Part shown: piece after piece, positions 50,980 through 62,754 of the stretch
How positions within the stretch are numbered: position 1 is the first letter of the stretch
How the letters are laid out: each line of letters begins with the position of its first letter
The notes under the pieces: model-generated
What the model was told of the DNA's origin: nothing
The model's input: the letters and a program-made list of their open reading frames with translations, nothing else
Databases searched by the model: none
NCBI RefSeq assembly: GCF_018350175.1
Contig: NC_058383.1
Coordinates: forward strand, 11,534,001 to 11,598,000
From: Felis catus
Taxonomy: Eukaryota
DNA: 64,000 bases
Direction of reading: 5' to 3'
Position numbers and translations under genes: made by a program

Positions 50980-51355
50980 GCCACTCACTCTGGGTCGAGT
51001 GCCAAGCACACCAAGGCTCTGCCCTTTTGTATGCACTATTTCCTTTACCTTTAAGGCCTCCTCGGACCCACACTGGGTTGCACCCAACGAACTCTTTCCC
51101 ATCTTTCAAGATGAGCTCAAATGTCCCCTTGTATGTCAAATCATCCTGGTGGCGGGCAGAGTTTGTCGCTCCCTCCCCTGGGTGCCATGTCACTTACTCC
51201 GCGGTATTGTTATTTATGTGTTTTGCTTCTTATCTTCCTTCCTCTGTCGCCAGTTCCTGGAAAGCCGGGCCTCTCTGTTTCTTCGGTGCCTAGAAGAGTT
51301 CCCGAACACGCTTTAGCAAGCGCCCGTCACAATTTGTGGAATGAATGAACAATGA
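50980..51355 (+). mobile_element. L2 3' end
   Basis: 'cccatctttcaagatgagctcaaatgtcccct', '..agttcctggaaagccggg', tail 'aatttgtggaatgaatgaa'. Confidence 0.6.
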
Positions 51356-52020
51356 GTCCACTGTGTGTGCCTGATGATAACTAGATTTTCAAAATATTGG
51401 TCAGCGAGACAACCGCAGATCCTTTAATCCTGAAGGTTTATCCAGATTATTTGACCTAATTCTTTAATACCACATCATCAGATAATGCCGGGCGAGCGGA
51501 CCAGTGTAACATCGGCAAACACGGGGCTGAGTTTCACCTCTGCTACAACGTGGAGAGCTGGGAGTCCTTTAATGAATGTGCACACAGAGAGATATCAGAA
51601 GATTAGCAGGGGAGAAACATTCATCAAAATTGCTCAAGTGCTATCAGTAAAGCATGTCCAAGCAAAGATTTTCAGTAAATGGTAGTGAGAGATGGGGGGG
51701 GGGGGTGGTTCTCAGTTGGTCGCGGTGAAGCTTGTTAATTTCACAGTTTACAAAAGATGAATGGCAAAGGAGCTAGGATACAGGTATAGTTACCTAATTG
51801 CAGAAAATGCTTTGTCTAAAACACAGCCCAGGAGAAAATAGTAAGGAGAATATGCCATGTCTTTAGAAATAAGGCTTGACCTTCACATTTGACTGCAGAA
51901 GCAATAAGGATTCCCAACCAGAGAGGTTCTTGCCTCAAATCTAGAATGTGGGTCAGCATACCAACAAATCTCCATTTCAGTGGGCATTTTAATGGGAACC
52001 TGGATAGGGGGATCCTACTC

Positions 52021-52070
52021 TTCCGAGATAAGATGAGATCGGGTGCGTTCAGGGCGGTATGTCCGTAGAC
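52021..52070 (-). pseudogene. 3'-truncated 5S rRNA retropseudogene (5S nt ~1-50), tailless
   Basis: Reverse complement gtctacggacataccgccctgaacgcacccgatctcatcttatctcggaa vs mammalian 5S GTCTACGGCCATACCACCCTGAACGCGCCCGATCTCGTCTGATCTCGGAA: 45/50 identical. 16-bp TSD gggggatcctactctt at 52007-52022 and 52073-52088. Confidence 0.95.
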
Positions 52071-52469
52071 TGGGGGGATCCTACTCTTGAGATCTCTCTG
52101 AACCAGGAGGCTAGACATTGACTCCAACACCTGGAATCTGAAAGATCATCAGGTCACCTGTGCAGAGTGTTTCTCATCTTGAGCTCCGAGATCATGGCTC
52201 TCGGGGGTCCAAGGACCTCGCTGGAGCCCAAGGGCCAAGGTCTCACCAGAATTCTGAGTGCCACTTTCTCATGTTGAGATGCCTATTCAGAGGGGTGAGT
52301 TGACTCTCTCTCTCTCTCTGCCCCTTCAAATGGCGATTGCCCCCACACATCCTGTGTCCAGAAACCTTATGAAGGACCAGTCACATCAGTCATTGCCACC
52401 TCTAGAATTCTCTCAGAACTTGACCACTTAAGCCTGGCTTCACTTCTTAACCTTTTGTTAATTTGTAAC

Positions 52470-52690
52470 AATTAGGTGAGCTGTTTATTCTTTCTGTGCC
52501 TCAGTTTTCTGAAGTATAAGCTGGGGACAAGAACGGTGCCTACTTTTCAAGTCCATCATGAGAATAACATGAGACTATGTATATCAAATTCTTACAACCG
52601 TGCCTGGCATTACTTTCCTCTAAAATTTACTCCATAGGCCCTGGAATATAGTAAGTGCTCAGTAAATGTTGGATGAATGAGTAACTGATG
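52470..52690 (+). mobile_element. MIR followed by an L2-like tail
   Basis: 'tctgtgcctcagttttct', 'tgagaataacatgag', 'gtgcctggca', 'tagtaagtgctcagtaaatgttggatgaatga'. Confidence 0.75.
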
Positions 52691-52862
52691 AATCTGGTGG
52701 AGATTTCATGTCAGGAAGGGAAGGAGACCTTAGTTCTTATGGGTGACAGATAGAAGCCATCCTGAGGCCATTGACTGTGTGTGAAGCCCAGAGCGGTGGA
52801 TTACTTCTAGCTTTGTGTGGTAATGGACCCCCCCCCCCCACCACCACTGACTGCCGCCATCA

Positions 52863-53225
52863 TATTATGGGCTGAACTGTGTCCTCTCAAAATTTCTATG
52901 TTGGAGTCCTAATGCCCAGCACCTCAGAATTTGACTGTATTCGGAGACAGGGCATTTAAAAAGTGATTGCGTTAAAACGAGGCCCTAATCCAATCTGGCT
53001 GATTCCCTTATAAGAAGGAGAAACTTGGAAACACAGAGGGATACCGGGGATGTGTGCTCGCAGAGGAAAGGCCACAGAAGGACACAGAGAGAAGGCAGCT
53101 ACCTGCAGGCCACAGAGAGAGGCCTCAGAAGGAAGCAGCCCTGCGGAAATCTTGATCTCAGACTTCCAGCCCCTAGAATTGCGAGGAAATAAATTCCCAT
53201 AGTGTAAGTCACCCGGTCTGTGGAA
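52863..53225 (+). mobile_element. MaLR LTR, MLT1B-like (3' end lost next to SINE)
   Basis: 'tattatgggctgaactgtgtcc', 'ccctaatccaatctggctg', 'cttgatctcagacttccagcc', 'aataaatt'. Confidence 0.88.
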
Positions 53226-53431
53226 TTTCTTTTCTTTCCTTTCCTTTTCCTTTCTTTCCTTTTCCTTTCTTTTCTTTCCTTTCCTTTTCCTTTCTTTCCT
53301 TTTCCTTTCTTTTCTTTCCTTTTCCTTTCTTTTCTTTTCTTTTCTTTTCTAAGTTTATTTACTTTGAGAGAAAGAGCAAGAGTGGGAGAGGGGAAGAGAA
53401 AGAGAGGGAGGGAGGGAGGGAGGGAGGGAGG

Positions 53432-53485
<54 letters not shown>

Positions 53486-53610
53486 CCCCAGCAGGCTCTC
53501 CCCTGTCAGCGCAGAACCAGATCAGGCTCAAACTCAAGAACCACGAGATCAGAACCTGAGCCAAAATCAAGAGTCGGACACTCAACCGACTTAAGTCACC
53601 CAGGCGCCCC
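53226..53610 (-). mobile_element. Can-SINE with tail expanded into a 125-bp pyrimidine tract and expanded (GGGA)n/(GA)n
   Basis: Pure C/T at 53226-53350, then the reverse SINE body ending 'gtcacccaggcgcccc'. Confidence 0.93.
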
Positions 53611-53749
53611 TGTTTTCTTTACTTTTAAATATTCTACAATTTGCCTTTCCAAGGAGACCGGCAACCCTTCCCGTGCAGAGGAAATACTTTCCTTCTCTTT
53701 GAATTCTTCACGGACTTGGTGCATACTTGTCTGGAAATCCATTTCTTGG

Positions 53750-54205
53750 TGTTATGGTTTGAATCGTGTCCCCCTCCCCCGACCCCAGCTGCCATGTTAG
53801 TCCTAAAAACTGTGACCTTATTTTGGAAATAAGGTCGTGGCAGATGTAATTCGTTAAGATGAAGTCACACTAGAGTAGGGTGGGCCCAGGAAGAATATGA
53901 CTAGTGCCCTCATAAAAAGGGGAGATTCTGAAACAGACACACACGCAGGAAGAAAGCCATGTGAACACGAGAATTAGGTTGCCGTAAGCCAAGGAGCATC
54001 TGAGACTACCAGAAAGTCAGAGAGAGGCCTGGAACAGATCCTTCCGTGTGCCTTCAGAGGGAGCATGGCCCTGTCAGTGCCTTGATCTCAGGCCTCTGGC
54101 CTCTAGAACTGTGAGACAATAAATTTCTGTTTAACCCACTCTGTTTAAACCACTGTTTAGACCGGTTCTGTGGTACCTTCCTGTGGCGGCCTTTGCAAGC
54201 CCATC
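53750..54205 (+). mobile_element. MaLR solo LTR, MLT1C-like
   Basis: 'tgttatggtttgaatcgtgtccc', 'tgtgaccttattttggaaataagg', 'aggcctggaacagat', 'agaactgtgagacaataaatttctg'. Confidence 0.9.
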
Positions 54206-56669
54206 TGTTTGCTATTACGGTGGTTACCCGGATCTCAAACATTCTATGGGGTGAACCTCATGGCTGGACATGCTACATCTAAGGTACAGGAAAGCTGTCC
54301 GCAGTTTGCTTAGGACAAACGGCAGGTGTCAAAGCCATCTGCCTATGTGACCTTTCTTCCTTCAGCCAATAAGCAAGGTGGGTGGGAAGGCACACCTTGA
54401 ATGAGGCGACCCCTGAATTCCTGTCCCACGAGAGCGCCTTGGGTGACCTTGTTACAAATCATATCTGGCTCTCAGTGTCCCCGTCTGCAAACGGATGGGG
54501 CCAGGCCACATGACATCCATGGTCCCTTCCGTGTCTGGATTCTGTGGTTTCTCATTATGTGCTCAAAATCGAGTGTGTTGAGGGGGCTAGAAAAATGAAC
54601 CTGGACCTTCTCCCTCCCCCCAGCCCTGCCGTGGGCTCCACTCTTCCCATTTAGAGCATGTCACACACCTCTAATGTCTCCGTTCACACCTTCTTGTCCT
54701 CTCATTCGGTTTGAGCCACAGCTACAGAGAGAGTTCCTGGCTGGACTTCAAACTTGGAACTGGACTTCAAACTTCAAACTTGGACTGAGGGCACCTTCCC
54801 GAAAGTGCCCAGGATGGTCTTTCAATTTTGTCTCTAGTGTTTGTCTGACACCTGTGACGTCAGGAGGACCTCACTCGTCAAGTACATATATCCCCAGCCT
54901 GGGTGGGGGGGGGGGCGGGGAGCAACTCCCACCCAATGGGTCCCAGAGCCAATAGATAACATACTTCCATGTTGAACTGGAGTGGACAATTCTGCCCAGC
55001 GTTCTACCTGCTCCTCAGTAAGATGCCCATGGGGCCGAGCCCCAGATGCACATGGCAGTGACTTCGGTGATGGACCCGCATATGAGTTTTTCTCCTCTCT
55101 TCACCATCCCTGCCAAGACAGGCAGTGATACGATGCCCTATCCTATCAAAGCTGTGTCTCCAGTTCGACTTTGCCTTGAGCTTTGGTGGTGACTGAGCAT
55201 GTTGAGGAAGCTGATCGCAGCCCATTCTCAACTCCTTGGGTCTCACAATTCACAGGTTAGACTCCGGTGGAGATGAGGGGCAAGGCTTGCACACTTTAAC
55301 AGGCACACGAGGCCTGAGAAGATTCGCAGTGACCCACACCAGATGGATAGCGCCCCCTAAAGAATTCTGAGTCAATGATATTTCAACCGAAGGACTTGCC
55401 TTCTACATGATACGATGGTCCCAGACCATTATACACAGCCCCGTAACATACATTATTCATGGACCATGCATGTTTCCATTGCATTAAAACACCACCTCAG
55501 GCTCGAAGTACCACGTCTTGGTACAGCAACATACCAAAAGCATTTCATTTCACGTTAGATTTATGGAGGATGAAGTTGTGCCATGAGATTTTGGATTCTC
55601 AACGCAACTGAAGCGTAGTTCACACGTATAATCTCCCCCCCCCCTTTTTTTATGCTGGAAAAGAACCGCTGGTCTCCTCTTAGCCCGCTCCCTGTCGAAG
55701 AAAAGAGGGGCTTCCGGTTTCTTAGGAGAGAAAATCCCAGCCCAGCGCAACATCTGTGTGGTTCTTTCTCAGGTCACGCTTCCCGAGATCTCATCAAAGG
55801 TGAGCTAATACGTTTTAGAAACTCATCAGAGTAGGAAGGGCTTTTCAAGGGGTAGGTAGCCCTTAGCTCAGTGCCTGGTACGTGGCAGGGGCTCAGGAGA
55901 GTGTCTTTGGATGTGAAGGGAGTAGTATCCCATGGTTACCAGGCCAGGCGCCTTCCGGTGAATCTCTGGGAAGTGCTGATGTGCATGTGGTTTCAGAGCT
56001 CGCTCGGTGCTGGGCAGTGGGATTCCCCCCACCTCTCTGGCTCCTGGGGAGCCCTTAAGGTCTCCAGGGTTCTTCTGTGCTGCGAGCCTCGTCTCCCAGG
56101 GTGCATGGAGAGAGCTTCATATTTCCTCGGAGACCTGGCAATCCACGCACACGTCGTTTGCTCGGCAGGAAGGTGCCCCCCTCCGTGATAGTCCCAACAT
56201 CCCTCCGAGCAGAAGAGGCTAAGCTTTCAGCAAGGCTCCTTTGTGGGGTTGCGGGGAACCTGGTTCTCTTTCCCTCATTGGCAATTGCCATGGCTTGCCC
56301 ATTGAGACGTCCAGAAATCGGTCTCCTGCACACAGCTCAGGTGTGCTTAGGTTAACGCTTTTGGATTCCCCTTTCAGGCAGGGCTTGCAAACATGAGTTA
56401 AACACGGTTGGTAGTTTTTCCGTATTCCCTCAAGCCCCATCCGGGGTGCTTGCTGCATCCGAATACGGGGGCGTCTCCTCTTGCTGGTTTCTCTTGACAC
56501 TTCCTTTCAGCATCCTTAGCTCACAGTCTGTTTACCAAAGCCTCCAAGACCCTCACGGGCAGCCCCCTGTGCCCCCCTCACCCGAGCCTTCGATCTGTGA
56601 GATTCTGTCCCCGCTCATCCGCCCGCTGATCCCTCAGTCTCTCCCACGTCAAACAGCTCCTTCTCCTTC

Positions 56670-57340
56670 ATCAAACGTTTATGGGCCGCTGGGCTTCGTG
56701 GAGCCTAAAATGAATCACACAAATGCCATGCCCTCGAGACGTTCGGAGTCGGGGGAATGAGAAAGACACATAAACTAAAAGTTATAATCGGTATGATGGA
56801 CCTGTGAGGCGGGAGCCTCTGGAGTCACGGAGCAGAGGAGGCGCTCGGAACAGGGTGCAGGAAGGGTCCCCCAGGAGAAGTGAGCTTTTAAGGGTGGAGA
56901 GTGGACAGTTGCCGGTGAATGGAGACAGAGTTTCTACGGTGGGGAGCACGTGAGACGGAGGTTAGGGGGATAATGCCAATTACGATTTGGAAGGCTTGAA
57001 CTCCATGAAAGGAGCTGGCATTCTAGAAAGAACTTGGGCTGTGCTCTGGCTGGTGGGGACCACTGGAAAACTCCTTCACGGGGGAAAAGGATGGTCTGAT
57101 CTCTGGTGTCGAGGCTGGATTGGGGTGGGGGGGGCTGAAATTGGATGGAGGGGAGAGACCCCTTGGGATGGGGGGAGCGTAAACGGATCATAACCACGAT
57201 GAGAGCTGGAGGAGGGGTGTGGAGAGAAGGTATTCGTCGAGACGGCTTTACTAGATGGTGGGGTCCACGGGGACAAGATCGGTGCCTGCGGTGGAAGCAG
57301 GGGGCGGTGAGGAAAATGCAGGCTTTTCGGTGTCTCCGAA
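56670..57340 (-). mobile_element. Degraded L2
   Basis: 'tcaaacgtttatggg..aaatgaatcacaca..tgccctcgag', 'gaaggcttgaactccatg', 'ggatggtctgatct..ggatggaggggagagac'. Confidence 0.55.
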
Positions 57341-58165
57341 TTTGCGTTAGCCCTTGGACCGCAGAAGCCTGCGAGAGAGCCACAGTTCCTGTCACCTCCA
57401 GGTCCCGCCGACTCCTTTCTGCCTTTGGGGACCATTCGCCTCACCCCCACCCATCGCCAGCGCCTCCCTTAGACGAGCCCACCTTCTCCTCCAGTAAGTC
57501 TCAAAACTCTGCCAACGTCCACACGCCGCCGTGTCCTTTCTCTGGGGCTCCAGCGCTCACTTCCCCGCGCAAATATTGATCTCTGGCGTGATTAATATTG
57601 CTATTTATGTTCACAATGAATTTGTTCACCAAAAAATAATTAGCACAAGAAGACTGCCTATTAGTAGGGGCCTCATTAATTTCACTGAGTTTATTCAAAT
57701 GACAGCAGGATGTCAAGTCAATAATGATGGCTAATTAATAAATACATCTGATTACTTTAGAGCCCGGGAAGGGGGCGTAAGGCTGTGTGCAGAGGCGGGT
57801 GGGGATGGACAGTTTCTGGTGAATGGAGATGGCATTTCCTGTCATAAATGGAGGGGACCAAAGGTGACGACTCCCAGGCCTGATGTGCTAGGTTGGTGGC
57901 CTCGCTGAGTTAAATAAAGGGTTGACCACAGCCACTCGGGAGTTTGAAGCGATATCCCAGAGTAACCAGTGGTCTGTGACTCCCAAGGCATCATGAGATG
58001 TCCCCCTCACCTCTCAGAGACCCACCCGGAGACAGTGGGGACTGGGGTGGAAATCAAGGCTTCGGGTTTGGAATCCTGTTCCTTTACTCCTATCTATGTC
58101 ACTTGGGACAGCCTGCATAGTAAGTAGAGGACGTAAAACTCACCTTCTGGGATACTGTGAATTTT

Positions 58166-58378
58166 TTTAGAGTTTATTTTATTTATTTTGAGAGAGGGAG
58201 TGAGCAGGGGAGGAGCAGAGAGAGAGGGAGAGAGAGAGGGAGAAAGAGAGAATCCCAAGCAGGCTCTGTGCTGTCAGCATGGAACCTGGTGCGGGGCTTG
58301 ATCCCATGAACCATGAGATCGTGACCTGAGCTGAAACCAAGAGTCAGATGCGTAACCCACTGAGCCACCCAGGCACCC
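58166..58378 (-). mobile_element. Can-SINE nested in a MIR (~58060-58450)
   Basis: Reverse SINE with diverged TSD ctgggatactgtgaatttt / ctgggatatggtgaatttt. Confidence 0.95.
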
Positions 58379-60129
58379 TGGGATATGGTGAATTTTAAGT
58401 GAGATGGGTTGGAAGGGCTTGGCTGCTTAGGTGTAGAAAGGCACTCAGGGAGGCCCCCCTTCTTCCCCTCCTAGTATTTCCCACCTCCTCAAGTGTCCCT
58501 CTACTTGCTCCGCTCTGCAGGGGCATGGCCAACCCCTCCTCCCCCCGCCCTCAGGGCAGAGGCACCCGGAGACTTCCCTTCATGTTTCCCTGCACGTTGA
58601 AGCTGCCCCAAGAAGCCCTGGGAATCTGTAATCGCTTTTAGAGGTGATTTTATTCCTCCCGCCTCCTTCCTGCTCCCCACCCAGAACCAGCGGAGAGCTT
58701 TGGAAACTCACCTCATCAGGATGCTGGGGCGGAGTCACTGGCTTCAAAGGGAACCATTTGTTCTCAGCACACAGCCCTGAGCTGGCTGGTGGATGCTGGG
58801 TCAACAAAAGATCCGAGCTGTCCCCTCCTCCGAGGAGGCCCACGGCCAGGGAGGGAGCCGGGGAGCTGAGGGTGCCTCTCTAGCAAATGCTAGGCACATT
58901 TGCTGAACAAATGCTAAGAGGGCTGCCCAGCCCCCACCCCGTCAGGCATGTGCCTTCTGTTGTGCTGTGTTTTGTTCAAGGGGAAGTTGTTCTTTCAGAT
59001 ATTTTAGCTGGTTGCTTGGAGCCGAGAAGTGTTTGGGAACAGATGAGAGCTAGATTCAATCCTCCCTGAGGGCTGGTGGCAGGAACTTGCGTGACTTAGT
59101 GCGTTGTGAGGACCCCTGCTTTAGATATGGGTAAACTGAGACCCAGGAGGTTCTTGTGCACGCCCAGGCCCAGAGCTTGGCAGAGGGAGGTCAGACTCGG
59201 AAGGTCTTCAGGGAGGGATGGGGACTGCCGACACCTGCCTCTATTCTAGCCCCTTGTTCCGTTCCACATCTGTCTCCAGCCGCCAGAGGGTAAGCTTTCT
59301 GAGCATTGGGACTGTGTGTTGCTTGTTTCTGGGACACTGGTGCCTGGGCTCGTGGCAGGGGCCCAGCCGATCTTTCCCGGACCAGTTAAGGGAATTATGG
59401 CCGCAGGAGTCCAAGATCCAGATGGGCCCTTTGAACAGGAGCCCAGAGACCTGCTGGGCAGAAAGGAAAGCTAGGGCCAGTGTGGTCCTGCCAGTGAGTG
59501 TGGGCCCGGGGCGGGGGGACACTGAGTGCCTGGGCACGGCAGCCCCGAGCCGGGCCCTGGATGGACACAGTCCTGTCGACCCGCCTTGCAGACATGTGGG
59601 GAGGACAGGGTCATCGCAGTTATCAATGGGAGGAAATTGAGGCTCCTACCAGTTTGCTGAAGGCTTCTCCCCGGGGAGAAGATGCCAGGATCGTCCTCTC
59701 CAAGCCCCGTGGTCTGCCAGCTATGCTCCAGGAATGGGACAGAACTGTAAGAAAGGAGCCAGAGAACCCAAAGGCAGTTAGTTTGGGGACCTCACAGAAA
59801 AAGCCTTTCTCTCCTGGCAAGGTAGGGAAGAGTTTTTCTGGTGAGGTCACCCTAGCTAGTTGGGCTGTTCGCAGCTCTGACCTGGTGCCTCAGGAGAGGA
59901 GGATTTGTGGATTTCTAGCAGGAAACACTGGGTTGAGAAGCGGGGCTGGGGTAGAAATGACCCAGAGGTGAATTGAGGGCAGTAGCAAGGCTGGGGGTGG
60001 GGGTGCGGAGTGGGCAGGGCGGTCCCTGAGGCAGCAGAAGGGTTTCAGAGCAGGAGTGAATGCGGGCAGCTCCTCCTCCCGGCAGGGAGGGGTCTCAGGG
60101 CAGAAGGGACAAACAGATGGCCCTGCGGG

Positions 60130-60830
60130 GAAGGGCAGGACCGGCCCTGGCAATCCCGGCAGCTCCGGAGACCTTGCCGTCTACACCGCGCTCCGTGAGC
60201 TAAGCGCTTGCGCTCTGGGGCTGCGCGTGGCCTTCTGCCGTTGGGAACATCACACTCCCTGTGATGCCTCGTACTGAGCCGCCGGATCTGGAGGAAAACC
60301 ACGAAGCCGACCCTGGGAAAAGCCAAGAACGACACCCGATGCAGAAATGAGGCCATCCGAATCTCCCTTGCGTCTTCCCTAAGTTTGCAGCAAAACTGAC
60401 CAGGGGAGCCTGGGAGGGGACCCCTGCGAATGGCCCCCCTTCCATGCTGCCGATGCTGGCAGTCCCCGAGGGACGCCCTTTGCGTGCAGAGGCTGCTGCG
60501 TCCGGGCCCCGCCAAAGCCAAAGCCACCCGGAAGTGCACCGCAGCGGGGGGCTCTGGGCCAAGCGGTGTCTCCCCTGGGTTCCACTTCTCAGCTGGGACC
60601 GCGGTAGCCAGAGGACTGAGCTCTTGTGTCTGGCCGAGTCCCCCGAGGAGTAACCGCCTAAGCTTCGGTCCGCGGTCCCTCTGCTTCGGGTTCGGACCTT
60701 AGTGTGTGCGTCTGGCCTGGAAGGACAGACAACAGCCTGTTGGCGTGCCTCCCTTCCAAGCGCTGCCACCTCCCACCTTGCCGACACCCCCCTGCGCGCA
60801 CCCAGCCACGCCCCTGTCTGAGGCCCCTGT
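60130..60830. promoter_or_regulatory. CpG-rich island-like segment with ETS and E2F motifs
   Basis: Visibly CpG-dense unique sequence. CCCGCCAAA (E2F-type) at 60508-60516, CCGGAAGTG (ETS/GABPA-type) at 60528-60536. Confidence 0.4.
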
Positions 60831-61279
60831 GGGCACAGGGGGACCTCTGCTTACACTTGGGATGAACTAAGGGCCAGATGGAGGCTTACAGCCGGTGGTG
60901 CATCAGGGGCAGGGCAGTGGGAGGTCCACCCTGAGGGAAAGCGATCAGAAAGCTTATTGTCCGTAGAGAATTTAACAACAGTAATAAAACGGGGTAAAAC
61001 TTGGTAATTTAACAACGGTAGTAAAACAGAGGAAAATTGGGTCAGCCTCCTACTGTTGCCACGCACCAAGCAAGTCTAAATCATGTCCGTGACAAAGTGC
61101 TCCCCCCTCCCCGAAACTCTTTTGTAGGGTCCAAGTTCAAACCCACTGGTTCAGTAACTTCTGAACTTTAACAGTGTACCGTATAATATGGAGGTACGCT
61201 GCAAATCAGCATATTATTATCACTCATCTTCCATGAAAGATTGTCTTCTACGTGGAAGTCACATCAGAGAACAACCAGG

Positions 61280-61478
61280 TTTTTTGAAGTTTATTTATTT
61301 TGAGAAAGAGACAGAGAGAGAGAGAGAGAGAATGGGTGAGGGGCAGAGAGAGAGGGAGAAAGAGAATCCCAAGCAGGCTCCGCGTGGGCAGTGCAGAGCC
61401 AGATGTGGGGCTTGATCTCATGAACCGAGCTGAAATCAAGAGTCGGATGCTCAACCGACGGAGCCACCCAGGCGCCCT
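61280..61478 (-). mobile_element. Can-SINE
   Basis: Reverse SINE with diverged TSD gagaacaaccaggtttt / gagaacagctagtttt. Confidence 0.95.
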
Positions 61479-61648
61479 GAGAACAGCTAGTTTTACAGTT
61501 GGTCTCAAAATGCGTGAACTCAACTCAATGTGAGCACACATTGCCCCTGAGAGCGACGTCCTTGTGGTTTGTGATCATTTGAACTTGCTGTGGGTGAAGT
61601 TCATACCTCTACCTTACATATTCCTGTGTTTCAACAGGGATGGTTTAA

Positions 61649-61868
61649 CTTTTTTTTAATGTTTGTTTTTATTTTTGAGACAGAGAGAGACAGAGTGCCT
61701 GCAGGGGAGGGGCAGAGAGAGAGGGAGACACAGAATCCGGAGCAGGCTCCAGGCTCCGAGCTGTCGGCACAGAGCCCGACGCGGGGCTTGAAGTCAAAAA
61801 CGGCGAGATCATGACCTGAGCCAAAGTCGGATGCTTAACCGACAGAGCCCCCCCCCCCCAGGCGCCCC
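61649..61868 (-). mobile_element. Feline SINEC_Fc
   Basis: Reverse SINE with TSD tcaacagggatggtttaa / tcaacagggagtgtttaa. Confidence 0.96.
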
Positions 61869-61950
61869 TCAACAGGGAGTGTTTAAATCATTTCAGTCAA
61901 AGGATTTAAATAAAAATGATTAGAAATAGGAATTATTTATTAGTTATCCA

Positions 61951-62335
61951 GAAAAGAAAATGAAATCGTGCCATTTGCCATGACGTGGGTGGAGCTAGGG
62001 TGCATTACGCTAAGGGAAAGGAGTCAGTCAGAGAACGGCAAATACCGTATGATTTCACCCATGTGGAATTTAAGAACCAAAACAAATGAGCAAAGGGAAA
62101 AAAGAGAGAGAGACAAAGCAAGAAGCCGAGTCTTAATTATAGAGGACAAACTGATGGGTACCAGAGGGAGGTTGGGGGGGGGGGACGGGGAAACAGGTGA
62201 TGGGGATTAAGGGGTGCACCTGTCGTGACGAACACCGGGTGTCGTATGGGAGTGTTGACTCACTGTATTGTACACCTGAAATTAATATTACACTGTATGT
62301 TAATGAGGCTGGAAGTAAAAGAAAAGAAAAAGGAA
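61951..62335 (+). mobile_element. 5'-truncated carnivore-type L1 3' end
   Basis: Translates ENEIVPFAMTWVELGCITLRERSQSENGKYRMIS, like the L1 ORF2 C-terminus. 3' UTR has a poly-G run, 'tattgtacacctgaaattaatattacactgtatgttaa' and an A-rich tail. Confidence 0.92.
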
Positions 62336-62754
62336 TGAAGAGAATTATTTAAGTTGTTTAAACCTAATGATTCGCACGAAAAGGTGCTATGGTGATTGTC
62401 ACGTTGAGGAAACAGACTTATTGCTTCAGTCCTGCCAGTCCGTGTGCGATCCATTCTCTGGATCTAGTGGTGCTGACTCTTTTGGAAGAAGTTCTCCAGC
62501 TTTACCCCCCCTTTTAGTGAAAAATGCCTTTGTAGAATTAAAACACATTAGTATGTTTCCCTTCCCCCCTTTCTGTAATGGGATATGTTTCATGCTTTTC
62601 ACTGTTATGATTAGATATACAAGGTTCACTGAAAGAAAATTGTTCCCGCCCAGAATTTCTTTTCTGGACCTTATTCTTATTTGTTGTTTAAATTCTCGCT
62701 GAAAGCAACTTGGAGAGACAGAGGAGGGCGATGGCACAGAAACGGCCGCCTCGA

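Noticed and set aside
52021..52070. Functional 5S rRNA gene
   Set aside because: Only ~50 of ~120 nt, 5 substitutions, no box C or terminator, and flanked by a TSD.
55345..55362. CTCF-like motif (reverse TCTTTAGGGGGCGCTAT)
   Set aside because: Lacks the conserved 5' CC.C positions, so it is too weak without ChIP data.
61968..62210. 80-aa ORF as a host gene
   Set aside because: It is the decayed L1 ORF2 C-terminus running into the L1 3' UTR.
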